A stretch of DNA of 64,000 nucleotides, from assembly GCA_034658935.1 (NCBI GenBank), contig JAYEGE010000010.1, positions 3,903 to 67,902 of the forward strand, written 5' to 3'. Under the pieces are notes generated by a model. That model ran no database searches. It saw nothing but the letters and a program-made list of their open reading frames with translations, and had not been told where the DNA came from. This document shows positions 28,144 to 37,809 of this stretch, piece after piece (the stretch's first letter is position 1; every line of letters starts with the position of its first letter). This DNA comes from Patescibacteria group bacterium. GTDB lineage: Bacteria; Patescibacteriota; Minisyncoccia; Phycocordibacterales; JACOZG01. The translations under genes were made by a program, and so were the position numbers.

Positions 28144-29418
28144 ATGATTGCTAATTTCTTCAGTAAAATAAGGATCATCATTACAGACCCTAGTCTGCGT
28201 CGTCGGGTCTTGTTTGTTTTGATTATTTTAGCCCTATTTCGCCTCGGGTCCTCGGTGCCTATCCCTGGGGTAGATGAGGCGGCTTTGGCCAGGTTCTTTA
28301 GTGGTAATCAATTCTTTGGCTTGCTTAACGTTTTCTCGGGTGGCGGCTTGGCCAATCTGTCTATTTTAATGCTTGGCGTCGGTCCTTATATTACCGCTTC
28401 GATTGTGATGCAGCTTCTGACCATTATGTTCCCGTCTTTGAAGCGTATTTACCATGAGGAAGGTGAAGCTGGCCGTCGTAAATTTATTCAATACTCTCGA
28501 CTCCTGACGATCCCCCTGGCGATTATTCAGGGTTTCGGTCTGTTGGCCTTGTTGGAGAATCAAGGGGTGATTGTTCATTTGACTATGCTGGCCCGCCTAT
28601 TCAATGTCGTGACTGTTGTGGCCGGTTCGGTTCTTTTGATGTGGTTGGGTGAATTGGTTAGTGAGTATGGTATAGGCAATGGCGTCTCGATGATCATTAT
28701 GGCCGGCATTTTAGCGAGTATGCCTGCCGCCGCTGGCTCTATATTGGTCAATTTCGATGCTGGGCAATTACCGATCTATATAGCTTCCTTGGTGGCAATC
28801 GTGGCCATTGTCGCTGGGGTGGTGGTGATAACGGAGGCGGAAAGACCGGTGCCGGTAACCTATGCCAAACGGGTGCGAGGCAATAAGATCTATGGTGGCA
28901 TGTCTACTTACTTACCAATCAGGCTTAATCAAGCCGGCGTGATGCCTATCATCTTCGCCCTCTCTATTCTCCTTTTCCCCCAGATGATTGCCACCCTCTT
29001 AACGCGTTTTGATAATGCCATCATTACTGGTGTCTCTGATTTTGTTCTAGCTGTTTTAAATAATAGTTGGCTTTATGCCGCGATCTACTTTGTGCTGGTC
29101 TTTGCTTTCACCTTCTTCTACTCAGCGATTACCTTTGACCCAGAGTCGATGTCGGAAAATTTGCAGAAGAGTGGCGCCTTCATTCCCGGGATTCGCCCCG
29201 GTCGGACCACTGCTGCTTATATCGCTAAGATTCTCTACCGCTTAACCTTTATCGGGGCCCTTTTCCTTGGTGTAGTGGCGATGCTCCCACTTATTATGCA
29301 GGCGATTACCGGCATTGCCGCTTTGGCCATTGGTGGTACCGCTCTCCTGATTGTTGTCTCGGTTATTCTCGAGTTTGACAAGCAAATCGAAGGCCAACTT
29401 TCGATGCGCGAGTACTAA
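28144..29418 (+). CDS. secY: Preprotein translocase SecY
   Basis: 10-TM protein, 424 aa; position after rplO. Confidence 0.95.
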   Translation: MIANFFSKIRIIITDPSLRRRVLFVLIILALFRLGSSVPIPGVDEAALARFFSGNQFFGLLNVFSGGGLANLSILMLGVGPYITASIVMQLLTIMFPSLKRIYHEEGEAGRRKFIQYSRLLTIPLAIIQGFGLLALLENQGVIVHLTMLARLFNVVTVVAGSVLLMWLGELVSEYGIGNGVSMIIMAGILASMPAAAGSILVNFDAGQLPIYIASLVAIVAIVAGVVVITEAERPVPVTYAKRVRGNKIYGGMSTYLPIRLNQAGVMPIIFALSILLFPQMIATLLTRFDNAIITGVSDFVLAVLNNSWLYAAIYFVLVFAFTFFYSAITFDPESMSENLQKSGAFIPGIRPGRTTAAYIAKILYRLTFIGALFLGVVAMLPLIMQAITGIAALAIGGTALLIVVSVILEFDKQIEGQLSMREY

Positions 29419-29420
29419 GG

Positions 29421-29446
29421 TTGGACACTAAATGTCTTGGTGTTAG
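29421..29446. repeat. Degenerate copy of the TTGGACAC element (TTGGACACTAAATGTCTTGGTGTTAG)
   Basis: Read directly. Its right half overlaps the candidate extended -10. Confidence 0.5.
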
Positions 29447-29449
29447 AAT
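29441..29449 (+). promoter_or_regulatory. Candidate extended -10 (TGTTAGAAT) placed for a leaderless transcript of the 29456 ORF
   Basis: TGnTAGAAT ends 7 nt before the ATG at 29456. Confidence 0.35.
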
Positions 29450-29455
29450 GGGCCC

Positions 29456-29659
29456 ATGTCTAACATGGAATTTAATCCTGACGATAAGGATTTTTATAGT
29501 GATCTGCGTCAGCGAGCTGCTGCTCCTCGAGGTGGTCTAATGGGTTGGTTTATGAGGGTGCTGGGGACCGATAGCGAAAGCAAGGCCAATGGGGTGATGC
29601 TGGCAGTGGCCGTTTTGTTTTTCCTGGCTTCCATTATTATTTTTTGGCGTTTCCTGTAA
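29456..29659 (+). CDS. Small hypothetical protein with a C-terminal transmembrane helix
   Basis: A 67-aa ORF between secY and adk. The C-terminus is MLAVAVLFFLASIIIFW. Possibly leaderless. Confidence 0.35.
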   Translation: MSNMEFNPDDKDFYSDLRQRAAAPRGGLMGWFMRVLGTDSESKANGVMLAVAVLFFLASIIIFWRFL

Positions 29660-29665
29660 TCAATC

Positions 29666-30259
29666 ATGACTGATCTAAAGGCCTGTGTTTTCATCGGTCG
29701 CCCTGGTAGTGGTAAGGGTACCCAATCTCAAAGTTTGATTGAGAAATTAAAAGTAACAAAACCTGTTCGGCCAATTATTTATGTAGAGACTGGGAGCCTT
29801 TTCCGTGAGTTTATGAAAGGCGATTCTTATACCCAGCGATTAGTCAGGGAAGCTCTAGAGAAAGGGGAGAGGTTGCAGGATTTCTTGGCGATCTGGAATT
29901 GGACCAATAAGTTAATAAAGGAGATGACTGGGCAAGAGCATATAATCTTTGATGGGGCGCCTCGATCCTTACTTGAGGCACAGATAGTTAGCACTATGGC
30001 GAAGCAATACTCTCTTCCTGAACCGACTATTGTTTATATCAACGTTAGCCGTGAATGGGCCAAGGCTCGACTTTTGGCTCGCGGTCGGGTCGATGACCAT
30101 GATGAGGGAATCAATAACCGGCTTGGTTGGTTTGACCGCGATGTCGCTCCGGCGGTGACCTATTTCCGAGAGCAAAGCGACTTCCGCTTTCTCGATATTA
30201 ATGGCGAGCAACCAATTGAACGAGTTAGTGCCGATATCTGGAGTGGACTGGGATTATGA
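29666..30259 (+). CDS. adk: Adenylate kinase
   Basis: Contains GRPGSGKGTQ (P-loop) and lid-region Arg residues. Confidence 0.9.
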   Translation: MTDLKACVFIGRPGSGKGTQSQSLIEKLKVTKPVRPIIYVETGSLFREFMKGDSYTQRLVREALEKGERLQDFLAIWNWTNKLIKEMTGQEHIIFDGAPRSLLEAQIVSTMAKQYSLPEPTIVYINVSREWAKARLLARGRVDDHDEGINNRLGWFDRDVAPAVTYFREQSDFRFLDINGEQPIERVSADIWSGLGL

Positions 30260-31020
30260 TTAGCCTGAAGACTCCTAAACAAATAAATATCCTGCGAGAG
30301 GGTGGCCGTCGTCTGGCGACAATTTTGCAAACCGTGGGCGAGCGGGTTAAACCTGGGGTAACTCCACTTGAACTTGACGCTATGGCCCGTGACTTAATCA
30401 AGCAAGGTGGAGATGAGCCCTCCTTCCTAAATTATCGACCGGCTGGAGCGTCTGGGCCATACCCGGCCGCTTTATGTGTATCGGTCAACGAATCTATTGT
30501 CCATGGCATTCCTGATAAGCGGTCCCTGCAGGAGGGGGATATTGTTGGCATTGACCTCGGGCTTAAGCATAAGGGTCTCTATACTGATATGGCAATGACT
30601 GTGTCGGTGGGGGAGCTTAAACCAGAGCTCAAGCGACTCCTCGCTCATACCAAGGAGGGGTTGAGGGCGGGTATTGCTCAAAGCAAAGTGGGCAATCATT
30701 TGGGTGATATCGGGGCAGCCATTGAGGCCGTTGCCGAGAAACATGGCTATGGCGTGGTCCGAGAGCTAGCTGGCCACGGGGTGGGCCTAAAGGTCCATGA
30801 GGAGCCAGAGGTGCCCAATTATGGCCAAGTTGGGACGGGTCTTAAGCTCAAGGCTGGTATAGTTATTGCTATTGAGCCGATGTTCAATCTTGGGGCGGCC
30901 GATGTGGTTTTTCACGACGATGGCTATACGGTTACCACCAAGGATAAATTACCTTCGGCTCATTTCGAACACACAGTGTTGGTGACTGAGAGTGGTGGTG
31001 AGGTGCTGACTCGCTCCTGA
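30256..31020 (+). CDS. map: Methionine aminopeptidase type I
   Basis: Pita-bread fold metal ligands (D..D..H..E..E); 254 aa; follows adk. Confidence 0.93.
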   Translation: MISLKTPKQINILREGGRRLATILQTVGERVKPGVTPLELDAMARDLIKQGGDEPSFLNYRPAGASGPYPAALCVSVNESIVHGIPDKRSLQEGDIVGIDLGLKHKGLYTDMAMTVSVGELKPELKRLLAHTKEGLRAGIAQSKVGNHLGDIGAAIEAVAEKHGYGVVRELAGHGVGLKVHEEPEVPNYGQVGTGLKLKAGIVIAIEPMFNLGAADVVFHDDGYTVTTKDKLPSAHFEHTVLVTESGGEVLTRS

Positions 31021-31188
31021 TCTGTTAAACTATTAGTAACCCCATGTCTAATTTTGAAACAATGCCGGGTGGCGACACCAAACTCAGCCCTGAGCAAGCT
31101 CTGGCCGCTCTCGATGAGCAGACTCGCTTGATTGTGGCCGAGGAGGCTAGTCATCCTCTCCACGAAACACTAGAGATTTTGCAGCAGC

Positions 31189-31509
31189 TTGATTCTCCCC
31201 AATAATCTTATGTTTGATAAACAAGAATTAACTGAGTTGGTGATTACCAATCTCGGCCAACGGGAATTGACCACAGTCGAGCAGGGGGGACTTGTCCAGC
31301 GCTTAGTGAGCAATAGCTCGCGCCGGATTAATTTGGCGGTTTTGAATAAATTATCGGAGGCAGAACATAAGGAATTATTGCAATTGGCAGAAGAGGGCAA
31401 TCGAGAAAAGGTGAGGACTTTTTTACAAGGCAAAATATCTAACCTCAATCAATTAATAAAGCAAACTGTCATTGGTACTGTTGAGGAGTTTAAAGGTTTA
31501 ACGCGCTAA
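31189..31509 (+). CDS. Hypothetical protein (106 aa) upstream of the HerA-like ATPase
   Basis: An ORF only; no recognisable motifs. The start may be the internal MFDKQEL. Confidence 0.35.
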   Translation: MILPNNLMFDKQELTELVITNLGQRELTTVEQGGLVQRLVSNSSRRINLAVLNKLSEAEHKELLQLAEEGNREKVRTFLQGKISNLNQLIKQTVIGTVEEFKGLTR

Positions 31510-31523
31510 GTTATAATTAATTA

Positions 31524-34301
31524 ATGGAACAAATCGGCTTCGGTGAGGGTCCGAAGTTTAAGACTCCCACTGAGGAGCTAGCTTTTTTGCGTCAGCAAGT
31601 GGCTGAGAAGGAAAAGTCGCTGGCTGAGTCGGCGCCGGAAGGCCAGCGGCAAGAAATTGCTCCAGAGCAGATGGTGGCGGAGCAAGTCAGTGCTTACCGG
31701 GAATTTAAGCCGCACGAGGTGTTGACGCCTGGACATGAGCTCAAGCCCCATCAGGTAGAGGAGATCGTGCTAGAGCTCTCGCCTGAGCTCCATGATGATC
31801 AGATGTCCGAGTTATTGACTGTGCTACAAGAGAAGGGGGTGCGTAATGCTTTGACTGTAGTCGAGCAAATGAAGAATCCTCACCTGGAGGATGATTTCCA
31901 TCGTTTTCTAATTGCCTATTTGCGCTCGGGTCAAACCGTGAGCGGCTTGAAGGAGAAGGCCCCTCTGCAACAGGCTCTCCGGCTGGTTCTCTATGAGATC
32001 GCTCTTCCTGAGCCAGGAGACAAGGACGAGGGTCGACCATTGAGGGAATTACTCTCAGCGATGGAACAATTTTATGCTGGGATATTGGCCCCCATGGACC
32101 AGACCAAGCCAGGCGAGCCAAATTATCTCACTTTGGAGATTGCTAACCCTAATCAGAGCGGGGAGTTTATCTTCTACGCCGGAGTACCGGAGGGTCTGCG
32201 GACAGTTTTCGAGAAACAAGTTGTAGCCATATTTCCTCATGCCACCTTGCGTGAGGCGAAGAATGACTATAACGTCTTTAATGTTAGCGGCATCTCAGTT
32301 GGGGCCGAGGCGACACTTTCCGAGAATTTCATTTACCCACTTAAGACTTATGACCAATTTGATCTTGACCCTCTGAATATTATCCTCAATAGCTTCTCTA
32401 AAATTGACCGCGAAGGTGAGGGGGCGGCGATCCAGTTTCTTATCGGCCCGGGGGATAAGCGTAAGGAGAAAGATTATCGCCGGGCCTTGACCGAAATAGA
32501 ACAAGGGAAGTCTGTGACTGAGGCAATGTCTGGCCACGATATCGCCGGCGCTGTTATTAAGGGTCTCGATGTCATCTTGGGCGGTAGTAAACCTAAGGAA
32601 CCAGAACAGCCAGAGGTTCCCAAGCAGATTGATCAAGTCGCCGCCGAGCATGTTAGGCAAAAAATAGCTGCCCCATTAACCAATTGTCAGATCAGGGTAA
32701 TTGCCTCCTCCCCCAACCGCTCTGGGGCGGAAGCCATTCTCCAAGATCTAGAGGCGGCTTTTGCTCAATTCCAGAGTGCTCAAGGGAATAACTTGTGTTT
32801 TCAACCAAAAGATAAGAAGGCCCTGAAGCGCCTACTCCACGACTTTACTTTTCGGCTCTATCATCCTCGCCGCGCCCTGGCTCTTAATATCCGCGAGTTA
32901 ACTACGGTGATGCATTGGCCGGCGACAGCGATCGGGGCGGCGACGCAATTAAAGCAGGCCAAGGCCAGCACAGCGGCGGCGCCTCTCGATCTACCTAAGG
33001 AGGGGGTCCTATTGGGGCTTAATAAGCATCAGCAATTAGACACTGAGGTGAGGGTCTTGCCAGAAGATAGATTGCGCCATTTCTACACCATCGGCCAGAC
33101 AGGCACAGGTAAGTCGGCTCTCTTGAAGAATATGATTATTCAAGATATCCAAAATGGTGATGGAGTTTGCATGATAGATCCACATGGCCAAGATATTCAG
33201 GATGTATTAGCGGCTATCCCCAAGGAGCGTCAAGAAGACTTAATCTATTTTGACCCTGGCTACACCACTAGGCCGATGGCGCTCAATATGCTGGAGTATG
33301 ACCCTCGCTTCCCCGAGCAGAAGACCTTTGTTGTTAATGAGTTGCTCAGTATCTTCAATAAACTTTTCGATATGAAGGTGGCTGGCGGGCCAATGTTCGA
33401 ACAATATTTCCGCAATGCAGTATTGCTGGCAATCGAGCATCCAGATAGTGGCGGTACTTTGCTGGATGTCTCGCGTGTGTTGGCAGACAAGAAGTCCCGA
33501 GAATCCAAATTGGCTAATTGTAAAAATCCGGTTGTGGTTCAATTTTGGCGTGAGGTGGCTGAGAAGGCGGGTGGAGAATCAGCCCTGGCCAATATCGTGC
33601 CCTATGTCACCAGTAAGTTTGACGTTTTCCTTGCTAACGATATTATGCGCCCTATTATTGCCCAGGCGCGCTCCTCTTTTGATTTCCGCGAGGTGATGGA
33701 CGGGCGCAAGATTCTCCTGGTTAACCTAGCTAAAGGACGTTTAGGTGATTTAAATGCCAATTTGATTGGCTTGATCTTGGTCGGCAAGATCCTAATGGCC
33801 GCCCTTTCACGAGCCGATGCCCCGAGCGCCTCCTTAAATCCCTTTTATCTCTATATTGATGAGTTCCAAAATGTGACTACCGATTCGATCGCCACTATTC
33901 TTTCAGAGGCCAGGAAATATAAATTAGGTCTGCATATTGCCCACCAATTCATCGCCCAATTAACCGATCCTATTCGTGATGCCGTCTTTGGTAACGTTGG
34001 TTCCTTGGCTGTCTTCCGGGTGGGGAGTGACGACGCCGAGTACCTAGAGAAACAATTGGCCCCAGTCTTTAAGGCTCAAGACCTTATTAACCTGGATAAT
34101 TTCCATGCCTACTTGCGATTATTGGCTCATGGTCGGCCACTTAAACCTTTCGATATCGAAACCATCAAGCCGGCTATTCCAGACATGGAGAGTTTAGATA
34201 AATTGAAGAAGCTCTCTTATTCAAAATTCGGCCGCCCTCAGGCAGAGATCGAGGCAGAGATCAGTGCTCGGTATCAGGGCGTGACGGGGCCTGGCGCTTA
34301 G
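31524..34301 (+). CDS. HerA/FtsK/VirD4-like P-loop ATPase (DUF87/AAA_10-type) with an uncharacterised ~480-aa N-terminal region
   Basis: Walker A HFYTIGQTGTGKSALL, DPHGQD, Walker B LYIDEFQNV, and ARKYKLGLHIAHQ (the RKxGhxhhhhhQ motif shared by HerA and VirD4/TraG). Length 925 aa. Confidence 0.7.
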   Translation: MEQIGFGEGPKFKTPTEELAFLRQQVAEKEKSLAESAPEGQRQEIAPEQMVAEQVSAYREFKPHEVLTPGHELKPHQVEEIVLELSPELHDDQMSELLTVLQEKGVRNALTVVEQMKNPHLEDDFHRFLIAYLRSGQTVSGLKEKAPLQQALRLVLYEIALPEPGDKDEGRPLRELLSAMEQFYAGILAPMDQTKPGEPNYLTLEIANPNQSGEFIFYAGVPEGLRTVFEKQVVAIFPHATLREAKNDYNVFNVSGISVGAEATLSENFIYPLKTYDQFDLDPLNIILNSFSKIDREGEGAAIQFLIGPGDKRKEKDYRRALTEIEQGKSVTEAMSGHDIAGAVIKGLDVILGGSKPKEPEQPEVPKQIDQVAAEHVRQKIAAPLTNCQIRVIASSPNRSGAEAILQDLEAAFAQFQSAQGNNLCFQPKDKKALKRLLHDFTFRLYHPRRALALNIRELTTVMHWPATAIGAATQLKQAKASTAAAPLDLPKEGVLLGLNKHQQLDTEVRVLPEDRLRHFYTIGQTGTGKSALLKNMIIQDIQNGDGVCMIDPHGQDIQDVLAAIPKERQEDLIYFDPGYTTRPMALNMLEYDPRFPEQKTFVVNELLSIFNKLFDMKVAGGPMFEQYFRNAVLLAIEHPDSGGTLLDVSRVLADKKSRESKLANCKNPVVVQFWREVAEKAGGESALANIVPYVTSKFDVFLANDIMRPIIAQARSSFDFREVMDGRKILLVNLAKGRLGDLNANLIGLILVGKILMAALSRADAPSASLNPFYLYIDEFQNVTTDSIATILSEARKYKLGLHIAHQFIAQLTDPIRDAVFGNVGSLAVFRVGSDDAEYLEKQLAPVFKAQDLINLDNFHAYLRLLAHGRPLKPFDIETIKPAIPDMESLDKLKKLSYSKFGRPQAEIEAEISARYQGVTGPGA

Positions 34302-34334
34302 GCGTGGCCATGCTATACTGCCCACATCAAATTT

Positions 34335-34940
34335 ATGGCCAAACTGCAAACAGAAAAAACTTTAGTTTTAATTAAGCCCGACGGGGTGCAACGCTCGCTT
34401 ATTGGTGAGATTGTGAAGCGTCTTGAGCAAGTGGGACTGAAGATGACTGGCTTGAAGATGGTGGTGCCGACTCAAGCAATGATAGAGAAACATTACACTC
34501 TCGACAAGAGTTGGCGGAAGGTGACGGGGGAGAAGACCATCAAGTCTTATCTCGCTAATGGTAAAAAACCACCTTCTGACGATCCCTATAAAATAACGGC
34601 CATTATCTTGGCGAATTTAAAGAAGTACATGTCTAGTGGGCCCATCGTGGCGATGGTTTGGCAGGGGGGGCACGCTGTACCTATTGTGCGGAAGATAGTA
34701 GGTGGCACAGAGCCATTAACTTCAGACGTTGGTACTATCCGCGGTGATTATGTGCTCGACTCCTATGTTATCTCTGACATGGATGGCCGTTCGGTCCGTA
34801 ATCTCGTCCATGCTTCCGGTTCAGTTAAAGAAGCTAATCGCGAGGTCAAGCATTGGTTCAAAAACTCAGAACTTATTAAGTATCGCCTAGTCCAGGAGCA
34901 AATCCTCTACGACGTAAACTTAGACGGCATTTTAGAGTAG
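34335..34940 (+). CDS. ndk: Nucleoside diphosphate kinase (long form, 201 aa, with insertions)
   Basis: Contains LVLIKPDGVQRSLIGEIVKRLE and NLVHASGS (the NxxHGSD active-site His region). Confidence 0.75.
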   Translation: MAKLQTEKTLVLIKPDGVQRSLIGEIVKRLEQVGLKMTGLKMVVPTQAMIEKHYTLDKSWRKVTGEKTIKSYLANGKKPPSDDPYKITAIILANLKKYMSSGPIVAMVWQGGHAVPIVRKIVGGTEPLTSDVGTIRGDYVLDSYVISDMDGRSVRNLVHASGSVKEANREVKHWFKNSELIKYRLVQEQILYDVNLDGILE

Positions 34941-35214
34941 GTAATGCCTCCTATTTGTTCTTAACTTGTGGATTAAATGTGGGAACGGGGGCTAGGTGGC
35001 GTGAGGAGATTTGGCCGAAGACTTGTTGATGGGTGGGGAAGTGCTATACTCGGAGGTGAGGTTATTTGGAATATTATCTAGATCAAAATAATATGTTTGG
35101 GATCCTAAGATAGTTTGGGCCTTGGTTCAGATTTGCGGGAACCCACCTAGAGTAACTTCTAGGACAATATCCAAGTAGCCTCTCACAAGTGCTCGCCCCT
35201 GTGGTGAGCCTTTC

Positions 35215-35223
35215 TGGTATAAT
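35215..35223 (+). promoter_or_regulatory. Candidate extended -10 TGGTATAAT, 10 nt upstream of the ATG at 35234 (near-leaderless)
   Basis: A perfect TGnTATAAT. Confidence 0.4.
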
Positions 35224-35233
35224 AAGTAGACCA

Positions 35234-36619
35234 ATGACGGGCAAAACAAAATTATCTATTACTTTCCACGGTGGCGTCGGGTCGGTGACCGGCGCCAATT
35301 TCTTACTTGCCGATGACGGCCCTCAAGAGAAGAAAATTCTCATTGATTGCGGTTTTTTTCAGGGTTCTCGAGTTGCCGAGAAGAAGAATCGTGAGCCCTT
35401 TCCTTATGACCCCAAAGAAATTGATACCCTCATCATCACCCATGCCCATCTTGACCATATTGGCCGTATTCCTAAGCTGGTCCACGACGGCTTTCGTGGT
35501 CCTATTTATTCAACTCCGCCGACCAGGGATATAACGGAGCTGAGTCTGACTGATAGTCTGGGGGTTTTAACCAAGGAGGCCAAGGGCTCAAAGGAGCCTA
35601 TAATTTACAATAAAGTAGATGTCGAGCGGTCCATGAAGCAATGGAAGACCGTCGATTATCATCAAGAATTTGAGTTAGGCGATTGGCAGGTAAGTTTATT
35701 GGACGCCGGGCATATTCTTGGTTCGGCAATGATTAGGTTTGTTCATCAACCGAGCGGAAAAGTTTTTGTTTTCACTGGTGACCTGGGCAACTCACCTTCG
35801 CTTCTCTTGCGAGACACTGAGGTGGTTGCCGATGCTGATTACTTGGTAATGGAGAGTGTCTACGGCGATCGCAATCACGAGAATCATGAAGTAGCTTTGG
35901 CCAAGTTGGAAGATGTGATTGAAGATACCGTTAATGCTCAAGGTACCTTGATGGTACCCGCTTTCTCGATCGAGCGTACTCAGGAGCTTCTACACGAGAT
36001 TGAAAAGATGGTTGAAGGCTCGCGTATTCCTGTTGTACCTGTGTTCTTAGATTCACCTTTGGCCATCAAGGTGACTGATATCTACAGCCGTTATTTAGAT
36101 TACCTAAATAAGGAGGTTAATGAATTGATCAACAAGGGTAATGCTATTTTCCGCTTTCCTCAATTGCACCGGACATTAAAGACCTCAGAATCTAAGGCTA
36201 TTGCTGGGATAGAGGGCCCCAAGATTATTATTGCCGGCTCGGGGATGAGTAATGGTGGGCGGATCATTCACCACGAGAAGCGCTTTTTGGCTGACCCCAA
36301 GAGTGCCCTACTATTAGTTGGTTACCAGGCGGCTGGTAGTTTGGGTCGCCAACTAGAGGATGGGGCTAAATGGGTGAAGATCCTTGGCGAGGATGTCCCG
36401 GTCAGGGCTCGAACAGTTGTCATCTCTGGGTACTCGGCCCATAAGGGCTCGGATGATTTGTTTGGTTTTGTATCTCACTCTGCCGATAAGGTGAAAAAAG
36501 TCTTCGTTACTATGGGCGAGCCACATTCCTCGCTTTTCTTGGTGCAACGTTTGCGTGATTATCTAGGTATAGATGCTACCATGCCAGAGCCGGGACAGCA
36601 GTTTGAAGTTGAAGTATAA
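35234..36619 (+). CDS. MBL-fold beta-CASP RNA-metabolising hydrolase (RNase J/CPSF-like)
   Basis: Contains HAHLDHIG (HxHxDH) and ILIDCG, plus downstream beta-CASP motifs (the MESVYGDR... region and the H near the C-terminus). Start set at the Met following the promoter-like element. Confidence 0.72.
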   Translation: MTGKTKLSITFHGGVGSVTGANFLLADDGPQEKKILIDCGFFQGSRVAEKKNREPFPYDPKEIDTLIITHAHLDHIGRIPKLVHDGFRGPIYSTPPTRDITELSLTDSLGVLTKEAKGSKEPIIYNKVDVERSMKQWKTVDYHQEFELGDWQVSLLDAGHILGSAMIRFVHQPSGKVFVFTGDLGNSPSLLLRDTEVVADADYLVMESVYGDRNHENHEVALAKLEDVIEDTVNAQGTLMVPAFSIERTQELLHEIEKMVEGSRIPVVPVFLDSPLAIKVTDIYSRYLDYLNKEVNELINKGNAIFRFPQLHRTLKTSESKAIAGIEGPKIIIAGSGMSNGGRIIHHEKRFLADPKSALLLVGYQAAGSLGRQLEDGAKWVKILGEDVPVRARTVVISGYSAHKGSDDLFGFVSHSADKVKKVFVTMGEPHSSLFLVQRLRDYLGIDATMPEPGQQFEVEV

Positions 36620-36626
36620 TAACCCA

Positions 36627-37265
36627 ATGGAAATTAGACACCCCCATAGTCGTTTTAAGATTTGTGTCTCGGGCGCGGCGGAGACTGGGCATTGTGGCCC
36701 GAATGCTTTGGAGCTGGCGCGCGAATTAGGCAAGGAGATTGTCGAGCAGGGTGCGGTGCTAGTAACTGGTGCTACGACCGGCTTTCCTCTCTGGGCGGCT
36801 CGTGGCGCCAAGGAGGCCGGTGGTCTCTCCTTTGGTCTTTCGCCGGCGGCCACTGAACGCGAGCATGTTGAAGTATATAAATTACCACTCGATTATTTAG
36901 ACATTATCATCTATACCGGCTTTGGTTATTCGGGGCGTAATCTCTTATTAACGCGCTCTTCTGATGCAGTACTAGTGGGCTGTGGGCGAGTGGGGACGAT
37001 TAATGAATTTACCGTTGCCTTTGAGGATGGCAAGCCGGTGGGCATTTTAGAGAGCGCTGATTGGGAGACAGACGAGGTGATCCGCGACATCATGGATAAG
37101 GGCCACCGCCATCGCAATAATATTATTTTTGATACTGACCCAGCTAGCTTGGTAAAAAAAGTTAACGAGCTGATAGAGATCGGGAAGGTGAAGGAACATC
37201 AACATTATGCAAATCCGGGCATCCCCATGGGGGATTACCCGGATAGCGATGCTAGAGTACTCTAA
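36627..37265 (+). CDS. LOG/TIGR00725-family Rossmann-fold protein (lysine-decarboxylase-like)
   Basis: ICVSGAAETG...VLVTGATTG and LVGCGRVGTINEF (the PGGxGTxxE-like motif). The start was trimmed to the internal Met just after the upstream stop. Confidence 0.55.
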   Translation: MEIRHPHSRFKICVSGAAETGHCGPNALELARELGKEIVEQGAVLVTGATTGFPLWAARGAKEAGGLSFGLSPAATEREHVEVYKLPLDYLDIIIYTGFGYSGRNLLLTRSSDAVLVGCGRVGTINEFTVAFEDGKPVGILESADWETDEVIRDIMDKGHRHRNNIIFDTDPASLVKKVNELIEIGKVKEHQHYANPGIPMGDYPDSDARVL

Positions 37266-37613
37266 TTAAGCCTGGACCTGTTTGACTAGGCGCTCGAAAG
37301 CGGCTGGTTCTTCTTTAGCTAGGGTGGCGAGAGACTTGCGATCTAACTCGATCTTTTTCTTGGCCAAGAGATCTATGAAGCGACTATAAGAGAGGCCGAG
37401 AGGGCGGACGGCCGCACCAATTTTAATATTCCATAGGCGGCGGTAATCGTTCTTCTTGTCGCGGCGACCGGCGAAGGCGTCAGCTCCTGCCTTAAGCATG
37501 GCTGTCCTAGCTTCGCGCTCCTTCTTAGAGCGGGCATTCCTATAACCCTTCGTCGCTTTTAGGACGGTGCGACGTTTCTTGGCGGCATGGACCCCTCCTT
37601 TGACTCTAGGCAT
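37266..37613 (-). CDS. rplT: 50S ribosomal protein L20
   Basis: Starts MPRVKGGVHAAKKRR; contains KGYRNARSK. Confidence 0.95.
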   Translation of the reverse strand: MPRVKGGVHAAKKRRTVLKATKGYRNARSKKEREARTAMLKAGADAFAGRRDKKNDYRRLWNIKIGAAVRPLGLSYSRFIDLLAKKKIELDRKSLATLAKEEPAAFERLVKQVQA

Positions 37614-37614
37614 A

Positions 37615-37809
37615 TTATTTCTTTACTAGATTAGGTAAATAGCGACCGATATCCTTATTCTTCATTTCAAAGGTAGTGGTTTGTCGCTTGGCTAATTGCT
37701 TAGGCCTACTGGCCTTGGCATTAAAATGATTCTGGCCAGTCTTGCGGGCCATTAATTTGCCGGTCTTGGTGACCCGCAATCTTTTTGAATATGATTTGTT
37801 AGTTTTCAT
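37615..37809 (-). CDS. rpmI: 50S ribosomal protein L35
   Basis: MKTNKSYSKRLRVTKTGKLMARK. Confidence 0.9.
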   Translation of the reverse strand: MKTNKSYSKRLRVTKTGKLMARKTGQNHFNAKASRPKQLAKRQTTTFEMKNKDIGRYLPNLVKK

